Assembly (NCBI GenBank): GCA_965232515.1
Contig: CBDDPY010000002.1
Location: 5,728,001 to 5,792,000, forward strand
DNA length: 64,000 nucleotides
Direction of reading: 5' to 3'
Origin: Alphaproteobacteria bacterium
GTDB taxonomy: Bacteria; Pseudomonadota; Alphaproteobacteria; GCA-2731375
The notes beneath the pieces were generated by a model, which ran no database searches, was not told the origin of the DNA, and saw only the letters and a program-made list of their open reading frames with translations. A program made the translations under genes and the position numbers. Below, in pieces: positions 32,549-41,711 of the stretch; the first letter of the stretch is position 1; each line of letters starts with the position of its first letter.

Positions 32549-34081
32549 CTATCCGATGTCGCCGACCACGCGGACCCGGGTGCGCAGGGAGTTGCCGGGC
32601 AGGTAGGACAGTGGCAGGTCCTCGACCTCGACCACCTTCAGGGTCGCCGCGTCGGCGCCGAAGGCAATCGCGCGTTCCTCGGCAAGCTGCCGGGCCGCGT
32701 CGATCGCCGCCTCGCGGCTGAGGTCGCGGAAGATCTGGTCGACCTCGCCGCTGACCTGCGCGATGGCGGCGCCGACGGCGTTCGCCACCTCGCGGTGCGG
32801 CACCTGGATCACCTCCGAGACGCCCGCCAACCGATCCGGCACCAGGAAGCAGCCGCCGCCGACGGCGATCAGCGGCACGTCGCCGGCCTCCGTCTTCATC
32901 CGGTCGACGCCGTCCTCGATCATTTTGTGCATCTGCGCGAAGGCTGACGTCAGCAGGCCGTCGTCGACCCGCGCGACCCGCGAGCAGTCGCCCAGATCGA
33001 TCAGGCCGCGGGCGACGGCAAGGTCGGTGCAGGTCAGCTCGTCGCCGCCGAACACCAGCGCCCGCGAGGTGATCTGATAGCCGGTGCTGGCGGGACCGAT
33101 GCGCAGCGGATCGGCCTCGACCAGCGTGCCGCCGCCCAGGCCCAGCGACAGCAGGTCCGGCATGCGGAACAGCGTGCGCACGCCGCCGATCTCAACGACG
33201 TTGTTGGCCTCGCGCGGAAAGCCGTGGCGCAGGAAGCCGATATCGGTGGTGGTGCCGCCGACATCGACCACGACCGTGTCGTCGAGACGCGACAGGAAGG
33301 CGGCGCCGCGCATGCTGTTGGTTGGGCCCGAGGCGAAGCTGTAGACCGGGAAGGCCTCGGCCTGGTCCGCCAGCATCACCGTGCCGTCGTTCTGGGTCAG
33401 ATAGAGCGGCGCGTCGATGCCGCTGTCGGCGAGCGCGGCCACGAAGGCGCGCGTGGTCTTGCGCGCCAATTCGCCGAGGCACGCGTTCAGCAGCGCCACG
33501 TTCTCCCGCTCCAACAGGCCGATCCGGCCCAGGTCGTGCGATCGCGTGATATCGATGCCGGGACAGACGTCGCGCAGGATGTCGGCGGCCTCGTCCTCGC
33601 ATTCGCCGGTCAGCGGCGAGAACAGGGCCGAGATCGCCACCGACCGCACGCCGCTATCACGGATCTTCATCGCCGCGTCGCGCATCGCCGCCTTGTCGAA
33701 CGGCACGATCGGCCGGCCGTCATATTCGTGTCCGCCCGGCAGCATATAGACGTCATGCGGCAGGGCCGCGGCCAGATCCTCCGGCCAATCGCAGAACGGC
33801 GGCAGCGAGGCCGAGGCCGGCAGGCCGATACGGATCGCCGCCACCGGCATCAGGTCGCGGCGCTGCACCACGGCGTTGGTGAAATGCGTCGTGCCGATCA
33901 TTACCGCATCGATGCTGCCGGGATCGACCGCCGACCGCGCGACGATCTGGCGCAACGCTTCGGCCACGCCCGCGGTCACGTCCTCCGTCGTCGGCGTCTT
34001 GATCGAGGCGGCGATGCTCTCGCCGTCGACCAGCACGGCGTCCGTGTTGGTGCCGCCGACATCTATACCGATGCGTTTCAT
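32549..34081 (-). CDS. Hydantoinase/5-oxoprolinase family protein (ATPase subunit A type)
   Basis: MKRIGIDVGGTNTD, GTTHFTNA, SGPTNSMRGAA, VDVGGTTTD, ANAVGAA. Confidence 0.9.
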   Translation of the reverse strand: MKRIGIDVGGTNTDAVLVDGESIAASIKTPTTEDVTAGVAEALRQIVARSAVDPGSIDAVMIGTTHFTNAVVQRRDLMPVAAIRIGLPASASLPPFCDWPEDLAAALPHDVYMLPGGHEYDGRPIVPFDKAAMRDAAMKIRDSGVRSVAISALFSPLTGECEDEAADILRDVCPGIDITRSHDLGRIGLLERENVALLNACLGELARKTTRAFVAALADSGIDAPLYLTQNDGTVMLADQAEAFPVYSFASGPTNSMRGAAFLSRLDDTVVVDVGGTTTDIGFLRHGFPREANNVVEIGGVRTLFRMPDLLSLGLGGGTLVEADPLRIGPASTGYQITSRALVFGGDELTCTDLAVARGLIDLGDCSRVARVDDGLLTSAFAQMHKMIEDGVDRMKTEAGDVPLIAVGGGCFLVPDRLAGVSEVIQVPHREVANAVGAAIAQVSGEVDQIFRDLSREAAIDAARQLAEERAIAFGADAATLKVVEVEDLPLSYLPGNSLRTRVRVVGDIG

Positions 34082-35172
34082 TGCGCCGCCCTGCGGCCGT
34101 CGAACACCGAGACGAAATCGATGTCGTAGTTGAAGGCGCGCGGGCCGACATGCTCCAGCCCCTTGGGCGTCAGCAGGATCGGCGGCGCCGGCAGCGCGAT
34201 CACAGTTACCCGCTGGCCGTAACGCAGCGATTCCGTGCCGATGGCCTCGCCCGAGACGCTGTCCAGCACGCAGATCAGGTCGGGGCTGGTGATCACGGCC
34301 TCGCCGTTCAGCCGGCCGACGATGAACTCGTTCTGGAAATCGAGGTCGAAGCTGTTGCCGGCATCGCCGTCCAGCCCTTCCAGCTTCGCCCGTCCGCGCA
34401 GGAAGCCCTCGGTCGTGCGCCGCTCGATGTCCTGGATCTTGCCGGCGAACAGCCTGAGGCCGTCCTCCGACTGCAAAATCGCGTCGATCGGGTCGCGGTG
34501 TTCGCGCCGGGCGTCCAGCACCGCCTTGCCTAGATTGATCGCCTTGGTGACGGTATGGAGGATGCCGTGATCTTTCACCTCGCGGCCGCTGCGCGGCGCC
34601 TTGCAGGTCGCCGCGATCGAGCCGAGCTCGGTGCAGACCTTGCGGCTGATCCGCTCCATCCACTTCCAGCTCGCGGCCCGCGTGACGATCACCTCGTTGT
34701 CGCGGATGTCGGCCTGGGTCAGCGGGAACATCTGCAAATCGGCAATGGCGAAGCTGGTCATCTGCGCTTCCGGAAAGGCGCGGCCCATGGCGTCGGCGTC
34801 GATCACCGGCATGCCCATCACGGCCGAGACCAGGAACGGCTGGATCGCGTTGCCGCCGCCGATCTCGACCGACATCACGGCGCGGAACTTGCGGCCCAGA
34901 TACTCTTCCATCATGCGAACGGGCTTGGCCGCGAAGTCCGGATCCGACAGCCGTTCCTGCCCGACCAGTGGCGCGCCTTGGTTCGAGACCACGGCCACCA
35001 GGTCGTCGTCGGCGAGGTCGGCCGGGTCCAGGAGCGACACAACAGTGCCGGCCTCGTACAGCCGCTTGATGTTCAGATAACCGAGATAGGGACTGCCGCC
35101 GCCGCCGGTGCCCAGGATCCAGGCGCCGATGGCCAGCGGCTCCAGTTCATCGGCGGTCACGTCTCGCATCAT
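34078..35172 (-). CDS. DUF917 family protein
   Basis: GAWILGTGGGG, EIGGGN, DADAMGRAFPE, FQNE, PDLICVLD, GPRAFNY; ATGA overlap with the hydantoinase. Confidence 0.88.
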   Translation of the reverse strand: MMRDVTADELEPLAIGAWILGTGGGGSPYLGYLNIKRLYEAGTVVSLLDPADLADDDLVAVVSNQGAPLVGQERLSDPDFAAKPVRMMEEYLGRKFRAVMSVEIGGGNAIQPFLVSAVMGMPVIDADAMGRAFPEAQMTSFAIADLQMFPLTQADIRDNEVIVTRAASWKWMERISRKVCTELGSIAATCKAPRSGREVKDHGILHTVTKAINLGKAVLDARREHRDPIDAILQSEDGLRLFAGKIQDIERRTTEGFLRGRAKLEGLDGDAGNSFDLDFQNEFIVGRLNGEAVITSPDLICVLDSVSGEAIGTESLRYGQRVTVIALPAPPILLTPKGLEHVGPRAFNYDIDFVSVFDGRRAAQ

Positions 35173-35512
35173 CGAATTCGTCGTCCCGAACGGCGGCCGG
35201 TTGTCGTTGCCCGAACGTTAGGCGATCGCCAGCACCCACGAAATAGGGGCAGGCACGTAGCCCGCCGCGCCACACCAGCACAGCGGTCATCCTGGCGGAG
35301 CCAGCCCTGGCGGAGGCCAGGGGCCAGGATCCAGTTTTGTTGTTTTTGACCGTCCGCGACTCCGCTGGATGCTGGCCTTCGCCAAAATGACGATTGGTCA
35401 CGTGAAGTTCCCGCGCCACCCCGCCTTGCCGCCCGCGCGGGCTTTCGCGTACTCTTTTCGTTTCGGGCCTGCCGCCGGTGTTGGGGCGGCGGGCGGCACC
35501 GTGGAACAGCGT

Positions 35513-36469
35513 ATGCACAGCGACGTCCTGACCGATCCGGGCCCGCGCGCCCGCGTCACCGATCTGCCCAAGCGGATCGCCTTCCTGACGGTCGGCCAGA
35601 GCCCGCGCGACGACCTGGTGCCGCCGATCCTGACCCATGTCGAGCATCCCATCGAGGCGCTGGAATACGGCGCGCTGGACGGCCTTGACCGCCGCGCCAT
35701 CGCCGCCATGGTGCCGGGCCCGGACGATCACAGCCTGGTCACGCGCCTCACCGACGGCAGCGACGTTGTGGTCTCGAAGGCCCGCATCAACGAGCGCCTG
35801 CACCGGATCTGCGCCGAGCTCGGCGCCCAGGACATCGACCTGATCGTGTTCCTGTCGACCGGCCTGCTCGAGCCGTTCTACAGCCTGACCATGATGATCA
35901 GCGCCCAGCGCGCCGTCGACAGCGTCATCGACGCGCATGTCATGGCCGGCCAGCGGGTCGGCGTTGTCGTGCCGCTCGAATGCCAGGTTGAGGAGGTGAT
36001 ACTGCCGACCGCGCCCGGCGCGCTGGTGCAGGCAACGCACGCGATCCACGGCGACGCGGAGGCGCTCAAGGCCGCGGCCTTGCGGCTCGGGCCGTGCGAC
36101 CTCGTCGTCATGCATTCGCTCAGCTATTCGGAAGCCGACCGCGCGCTCGTCGCCGACGCGTCCGGCACGCCGGCCGTGCTCGCCCGCCGCGTCGTCGCCG
36201 GCGCCATCCGGCTGCTGCTCGACCGCGGCGGCGCATCGAACGCGGCCGACGCCGACCTCGCCCGCCGCGTCGCCCAGCTCACCCGCCGCCAGCGCGAGGT
36301 GATGATGCTGGTCGTCGAAGGCCTGTCGCACAAGGAGATCGGCCGCCAGCTCGGCATCAGCCCGCGCACCGTCGAGATCCACCGCGCCTGCGTCATGGAA
36401 AAGATGGGCGTCGCCACGCTCCCCGCGCTCATCCGCGCCGTCCTCCGCCTCGAACACTGCGATCTCTAG
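35513..36469 (+). CDS. AroM-domain / LuxR-type HTH fusion regulator
   Basis: N-terminal TVGQSPRDD..GALDG..LVTRL.DG (AroM-like); C-terminal LTRRQREV..GLSHKEIGRQLGISPRTVEIHR (LuxR/FixJ HTH); start uncertain. Confidence 0.85.
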   Translation: MHSDVLTDPGPRARVTDLPKRIAFLTVGQSPRDDLVPPILTHVEHPIEALEYGALDGLDRRAIAAMVPGPDDHSLVTRLTDGSDVVVSKARINERLHRICAELGAQDIDLIVFLSTGLLEPFYSLTMMISAQRAVDSVIDAHVMAGQRVGVVVPLECQVEEVILPTAPGALVQATHAIHGDAEALKAAALRLGPCDLVVMHSLSYSEADRALVADASGTPAVLARRVVAGAIRLLLDRGGASNAADADLARRVAQLTRRQREVMMLVVEGLSHKEIGRQLGISPRTVEIHRACVMEKMGVATLPALIRAVLRLEHCDL

Positions 36470-36474
36470 CGGCC

Positions 36475-37056
36475 ATGCGCGCGGTTGCCCTGGATGCCCG
36501 GATCAAGTCCGGGCATGACGAATTGGGTATCAAATCCAGTTATCTTTCGTCATTGCCGGGCTTGACCCGGCAATCCAGACACCGGCAGAGAATTGCCGTC
36601 CTGATCGCGGTCCTGCTGCTCACACTCCTGCCCAACACGGCCAGCGCCGAGGGCGACGCCGTCGCGCAACTGATAGATCAGGTCAACCGCACCCGCATCG
36701 CGCACGGCCTGCAGCCATTGACGCCGGAAGCCCGCCTGACCGCCGCCGCCGAAGCCCATGCCGACGCCATGGCGTCGAACGACTGCTTCGCCCATGTCTG
36801 TGACGGCGGCCCGACGCTGGTCGAGCGCATCGTCCGCGCCGGCTATCCCTACCGCACCGTGGCCGAGAACCTCGCCGCCGGCATGGCCCGCGCCGAGGCC
36901 GTGGTCAAGGCCTGGATGGCTAGCCCCGGCCACCGCCGCAATCTGCTGCTCCCCGACATCGTCGAGGTCGGCGCCGGCTACGTCCTGCGCGAGAACGACG
37001 ACGGCGACCACCGCTACCGCCACTACTGGACCATGACCTTCGGCGCGAGGTTGTAG
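36475..37056 (+). CDS. CAP/SCP domain exported protein; the N-terminus overlaps REP repeats
   Basis: VN..R..HGL.PL, AAEAHADAM, AENLAAG, WMASPGHRRNLL, YWTMTFG; signal peptide ending ASA; start uncertain. Confidence 0.85.
   Translation: MRAVALDARIKSGHDELGIKSSYLSSLPGLTRQSRHRQRIAVLIAVLLLTLLPNTASAEGDAVAQLIDQVNRTRIAHGLQPLTPEARLTAAAEAHADAMASNDCFAHVCDGGPTLVERIVRAGYPYRTVAENLAAGMARAEAVVKAWMASPGHRRNLLLPDIVEVGAGYVLRENDDGDHRYRHYWTMTFGARL
36491..36577. repeat. REP-like doublet
   Basis: TGGATGCCCGGATCAAGTCCGGGCATGAC (36491-36519) and GTCATTGCCGGGCTTGACCCGGCAATCCA (36549-36577). Confidence 0.85.
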
Positions 37057-37070
37057 AAAGGACCGAGCTC

Positions 37071-37499
37071 ATGACCGACACGCCCCAACCGGCCACCGGC
37101 GGCTGTCTCTGCGGCGCCATCCGCTTCGAAGCGTCCGGCAAGCCGCTCTGGATCGCCCACTGCCACTGCCATAGCTGCCGCCGCAACACCGGCGCCCCCG
37201 TCACCACCTTCGTCGGTTTCCCCGCCGACGGCTTCGCTTACGTCGCCGGCCGCCCGAAGGTCTTCAACTCCTCCCCCGGCGTCCGCCGCGGCTTCTGCGC
37301 CGATTGCGGCACGCCACTGACCTACGAAGCCGACCGCGCCGCCGGCGAGGTCCACGTCTACATCAGCACCCTCGACAACCCCGACGCATTCCCCCCGCAA
37401 TTCCACGTCTTCACCGCCGAGGGCATCGACTGGCTGCACCTCGACGATGACCTACCACGCTACCGCGCCACCTCCCGCGACAGCGCCGAACCGATGTAG
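37071..37499 (+). CDS. GFA/CENP-V family zinc protein
   Basis: GGCLCGAIRF, CHCHSCRR, RGFCADCGTPL. Confidence 0.9.
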   Translation: MTDTPQPATGGCLCGAIRFEASGKPLWIAHCHCHSCRRNTGAPVTTFVGFPADGFAYVAGRPKVFNSSPGVRRGFCADCGTPLTYEADRAAGEVHVYISTLDNPDAFPPQFHVFTAEGIDWLHLDDDLPRYRATSRDSAEPM

Positions 37500-37655
37500 G
37501 AGACGCATTTGGCTTTTATTGGAGCGCTCTGATTGGGTTTGAGCAGCGGCGGTTGACTACACCGGAACAATTTTGGATAGGCTTTGTCGTAGTGAAGTAA
37601 CGACCTTAAGGTGTGCCCGAGGCAGGCAACCCGCTACTTCCTTAGGGCTTCATGA

Positions 37656-38201
37656 ATGGGTTTAACGATCAAAGAAATCACGGCTTGTCGAAACGTCTCA
37701 ATCAGATGCGATCGATACGTGCCGTTTGTTGTTGAGATCGAACGCTTCGGACGGCCGGACAATCCGATCTATTGGCGAACCGGCGATGGAAGTCGTTCTT
37801 TGATTGAAATTGGGATCGATAGAAGAAGCGGTGTTATCTGCAGCGTCACGCTCACGTTGATCGATTCAGGAAGTGTTGGAAAAATCGACGACAAACCGGC
37901 TACCAACCTGCCTGAAATCGAAGGCCTGCCTGTATTTGAAGTGAGTGGATGGAAAACTCCATCAGACACTTATGCTGACGATTTCCGGGACGAATTCGAT
38001 TCTGAGGTTTTTTTGTCAGTTGGAAGGAACTTCGTCGCGCTCGATTTTCAGAGCACCGGACGTCCCGTTCGCTACACTAAAAACCAACAACTGCGTTTTG
38101 GGTTTTCTCATGAAAACCACTTATCGTCATTGGAAATAACGGAACTAAACTCGCTCCAAATTCAAAGCTTAGAAGAATGCGTCGAGGGCCTATGCGAATA
38201 A
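37656..38201 (+). CDS. Hypothetical protein in a low-GC islet
   Basis: 181-aa ORF rich in A/T-ending codons, unlike the flanks; no recognised motif. Confidence 0.6.
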   Translation: MGLTIKEITACRNVSIRCDRYVPFVVEIERFGRPDNPIYWRTGDGSRSLIEIGIDRRSGVICSVTLTLIDSGSVGKIDDKPATNLPEIEGLPVFEVSGWKTPSDTYADDFRDEFDSEVFLSVGRNFVALDFQSTGRPVRYTKNQQLRFGFSHENHLSSLEITELNSLQIQSLEECVEGLCE

Positions 38202-38469
38202 ACGAGGCTCTTCGTTCAAGTTCCGGATTAGTCTTTGCTCCAGATCGCCCTGCGACCACCTGGCATCATCCGGGATAGGGCGCAACTCCCTAACGCCCGA
38301 AATACGTTTCGATCCTGTCGAAAGTCCGGTTGATAACGTCGTCCTTACGGGCCTTGGTTGGTGCGTCTGCCAGCGATCGGCCGCTGCCGGCGTGCACCAG
38401 CGTCACGTGCTCCCATTCCCTAACATTCTCAGACCGACGTTATGGCGTTGCGGCAGTATCTGTCTCGGC

Positions 38470-38844
38470 CTAGACAGACTCCAACAGTCGCACGAGCGCG
38501 GACCTTAGCGCCTGATATTCCCGATCCGGAATGCCGGTCATGGCGGCCTCGCGCGACGTCGGTTCGTCGTCATAAGCTTGGGGGGCTTCGAACAGCGCGC
38601 CCAGGGCATGGAATTGGCTGTCGGTGAAATCGACGCGCGTACCATCGATCCGATTGTAATAGTGCCAGACATCCGGCAATCGGGTTCTGAGGATCTCTCC
38701 GCCGAAGAGATCGTAGATGACGGCGGCGGTCACATTGCATTGACCGGAAGCCGGATTCGCCGCCGTCCATTGCACGGCCGTTTTCGATGACCAGGCTCTC
38801 GGCAATGCCTGCCGAATTCGGGCTTCGTCGTAGTCGGGACGCAT
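38470..38844 (-). CDS. YunG-like hypothetical protein
   Basis: AWS..T..W...NPASGQCNVTA..DLFGGEI..WHYYNRIDG.RVDFTDSQF. Confidence 0.7.
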   Translation of the reverse strand: MRPDYDEARIRQALPRAWSSKTAVQWTAANPASGQCNVTAAVIYDLFGGEILRTRLPDVWHYYNRIDGTRVDFTDSQFHALGALFEAPQAYDDEPTSREAAMTGIPDREYQALRSALVRLLESV

Positions 38845-39089
38845 GCGTCTGCTCACCGGTTTGCACGTTCGAATCAACGGCCGTCCGGTTGGTTGCCTAC
38901 CACCTTTGAGCACCCCGACCAACAGCGCGCCGATATGGTCCGGCGACCTGCAACAAAGCTCAACCGCACCGACGCATGCGGCCGGCCGCGCGTCTGATCG
39001 ACGTCAAACCGGCCCTTGTCCTAAGGGATCGCCCGTATTTTTCGCCTGCCGGGGGCGTCATATCCTGATGTCAGGGTGGAGTGGTGTTG

Positions 39090-39761
39090 ATGCGGGAAAA
39101 CGGAAAGAAGCGCGTCGCGTTCGTGACGGTGGGACAGTCGCCGCGGGAGGATATCCTGACGGAGATGCTGCCGCTGCTCGGTCCCGGCGTGGAGGCTATC
39201 GAGATCGGCGCGCTCGACGGCATGCACCGCGACGAGATCGCGGAGCTCGCGCCGATCGGCGACGAGCGGCGGCTCTGCACGCGGCTGCGCGACGGCACCG
39301 AGGTCGTCACCACCAAGGCCTGGACCCGCGAGCACCTGCAACGGATCATGGACAATCTGGACGCCGACGGCGTCGACCTGATCGTCCTGCTCTGCACCGG
39401 CTATTTCGATGGCCTGGAGTCGCGGACCCTGATGGTCGAGGCCCAGCGCGTCGTCGATCATATGGTCTCGGCGCTGGCCGAGGGCGACCGGCGCATCGGC
39501 GTCATGGTGCCGCTCGAGGCGCAGACCCGGGAGTTCGCGCAGAAGGGCGTCGGGCCGCGGCCTGCGCGGGTGACGCACGCCTCGCCCTATTCGGAGAACC
39601 GCCTGGCGGAAGCCGCGGGCGAGCTCGCCGACAGCGATTTCATCGTCATGCACTGCATGGGCTACACCGAGGCCATGCGCCGGCAGGTCGCCGAGGCCTC
39701 CGGCCGTCCGGTGCTGCTGGCCCGCCGCATCGTCGCCGATGCCGTGGCGCAGCTGCTTTAG
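39090..39761 (+). CDS. AroM family protein
   Basis: FVTVGQSPREDI, IGALDG, LCTRLRDG, LLCTG, ASPY, MHCMGY, PVLLAR. Confidence 0.88.
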   Translation: MRENGKKRVAFVTVGQSPREDILTEMLPLLGPGVEAIEIGALDGMHRDEIAELAPIGDERRLCTRLRDGTEVVTTKAWTREHLQRIMDNLDADGVDLIVLLCTGYFDGLESRTLMVEAQRVVDHMVSALAEGDRRIGVMVPLEAQTREFAQKGVGPRPARVTHASPYSENRLAEAAGELADSDFIVMHCMGYTEAMRRQVAEASGRPVLLARRIVADAVAQLL

Positions 39762-39794
39762 GCGGATGGGCGGGTATCGCGCTCCTGCCGCCTC

Positions 39795-39823
39795 GTCATT
39801 GCCGGGCTTGACCCGGCAATCCA
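39795..39823. repeat. REP-like palindrome
   Basis: GTCATTGCCGGGCTTGACCCGGCAATCCA. Confidence 0.85.
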
Positions 39824-39910
39824 GTGGCAAGGGGCGTCGGCGATCGGTGACGAAATTCGCGGGTGGAAACGCGCGTCGGTTCGAATGAACGACAACAGGG
39901 AGACGGGACA

Positions 39911-41509
39911 ATGAGATTACGCAACTGGTCGAAGCTGCTGGGGCTGGCGCTACTGCTCGGCGCCGTCGCGGCGACGACGACGGTAACTGGGCCGTCGCAG
40001 GCCTTCGAGCGCGTCGGCGACAAGAAGATCCTGGTCTTCGCCGGCCGTCAGCCGGTGCCGCTGCTGGACCCCAGCGTGAAATACGACTGGTCCACGCGGA
40101 TGATGCAGCAGTCGCTCTATGACGGCCTGGTGAAGTATGTCGGCGACCCGCCGCAGATCGTGCCCTGGCTTGCGGAGCGCTGGGAGACCAGCGACGACGG
40201 CAAGACCTGGACCTTCCATCTCGCCAAGAACGCCAAGTTCCACAACGGCGATCCGGTGACGGCCGAGGCCGTGCGCTTCTCGTTCGAGCGCACGCTCAAG
40301 CTCAACAAGGGCCCGTCCTGGATGCTGTCGGACTTCCTGGCGCCGGAAGGCGTCAAGGCGGTCGACGACCACACGGTGCAGTTCAACCTGAAGGCCGCCT
40401 ACGCGCCGTTCCTGTCCTTCCTGCCGTGGTGGTACGTGATGAACCCGGCCGAGGTCATGGCCAACGAGGTCGACGGCGACATGGGCCAGAAGTGGCTCAC
40501 CGACAACGCCGCCGGCTCCGGGCCGTTCAAGATCAAGCGCTGGGAGCAGGGCGTGCTCTACGAGATCGAGGCGGTCGAGGATTACTGGAAGGGCTGGCCC
40601 AGCGAGAACCATGTCGACGGCGTGATCTACAAGCTGGTCCGCGAGTCGGCCTCCCAGCGCGCGGCGCTGATCCGCGGCGAGGCCGACATTGTCGAAGGGC
40701 TGTCGAACGAAGATTTCGACGTCGTCGCCGAGATGCCCGGCATCGTCGTGCCGAACTTCCCCGGCATGACAACCTTCGGCTTCAAGATGAATGTGCAGAA
40801 GGCGCCGACCGACGACATCAACCTGCGTAAGGCATTGGCCTACGCCTTCGACTACGAGTCGCTGTTGAAGATCTACAACGGCAACGCCGTGCTGCAGACC
40901 AGCCCGTTCCCCAACGCCACCAGGGGTCATGTCGACGTGCCGGGCTTCTATCGCCAGGACCTCGCCAAGGCGAAGGAGTATCTCGCCAAATCGAACTATC
41001 CCGATGGCGGCATCGAGCTGGAATTCGTCTATGTCGAGGGCTTCGAGCCGCAGCGTCAGATGGGCCTGGTGCTGATCGACAACATGAAGGCGCTCAACAT
41101 CGGCATCAAGATGGTGCCGCTGACCTGGCCGAACATGAAGGCCCGGGGCTCCAAGGTCGAAACCTCGCCCAACCTGCTGGCGATCTTCGCGACGCCGGTC
41201 AGCACCGACCCGGACGCCGTCGCCTACCAGTATCACAAGAACTCCTGGGGCAAATATTACGGCACGCACTTCTACAACAACGAAGAGGTCTGGAAGCTGA
41301 CCGACCAGGCCCGGGCGATCACCGCCTGGGAGCAGCGCGCGCCGATCTACGCCGAGATCCAGAAGAAGATCGCCGCCGACGTGCCCGAGATCTTCGGCAT
41401 GCTGGCGAACCGGCGCTGGGCCTATCGCGACTACGTCAAGGGCTTCACCTTCAGCCCGGTCCGCTTCACCGGCGAGGTCGATCTCTATACGCTGAGATTC
41501 GGAGAATAG
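39911..41509 (+). CDS. Peptide/nickel-type ABC substrate-binding protein (family 5)
   Basis: Signal peptide, LDP, PWLAERWE.S.DGKTWTFHL..AKFHNG.PVTAE.V.FSFER, GSGPF. Confidence 0.92.
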   Translation: MRLRNWSKLLGLALLLGAVAATTTVTGPSQAFERVGDKKILVFAGRQPVPLLDPSVKYDWSTRMMQQSLYDGLVKYVGDPPQIVPWLAERWETSDDGKTWTFHLAKNAKFHNGDPVTAEAVRFSFERTLKLNKGPSWMLSDFLAPEGVKAVDDHTVQFNLKAAYAPFLSFLPWWYVMNPAEVMANEVDGDMGQKWLTDNAAGSGPFKIKRWEQGVLYEIEAVEDYWKGWPSENHVDGVIYKLVRESASQRAALIRGEADIVEGLSNEDFDVVAEMPGIVVPNFPGMTTFGFKMNVQKAPTDDINLRKALAYAFDYESLLKIYNGNAVLQTSPFPNATRGHVDVPGFYRQDLAKAKEYLAKSNYPDGGIELEFVYVEGFEPQRQMGLVLIDNMKALNIGIKMVPLTWPNMKARGSKVETSPNLLAIFATPVSTDPDAVAYQYHKNSWGKYYGTHFYNNEEVWKLTDQARAITAWEQRAPIYAEIQKKIAADVPEIFGMLANRRWAYRDYVKGFTFSPVRFTGEVDLYTLRFGE

Positions 41510-41558
41510 CGGCCGCGTGGTTACCGGCGGACATGCGACACCCGGTCCTTGCCCAATC

Positions 41559-41644
41559 GTCATTGCCGGGCTCGACCCGGCAATCCAGCGGCGGCGCGCT
41601 TGACGCCGGTGTCCCTGGATGCCCGGATCGAGTCCGGGCATGAC
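41559..41644. repeat. REP-like doublet downstream of the binding-protein gene
   Basis: GTCATTGCCGGGCTCGACCCGGCAATCCA (41559-41587) and TGGATGCCCGGATCGAGTCCGGGCATGAC (41616-41644). Confidence 0.85.
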
Positions 41645-41711
41645 GGGCCGGGGCGGGTAGCATAATCTTGTCGGATTACCGGAAGCCGGGCGGTCCCGCC
41701 GCCCGGCGGCC

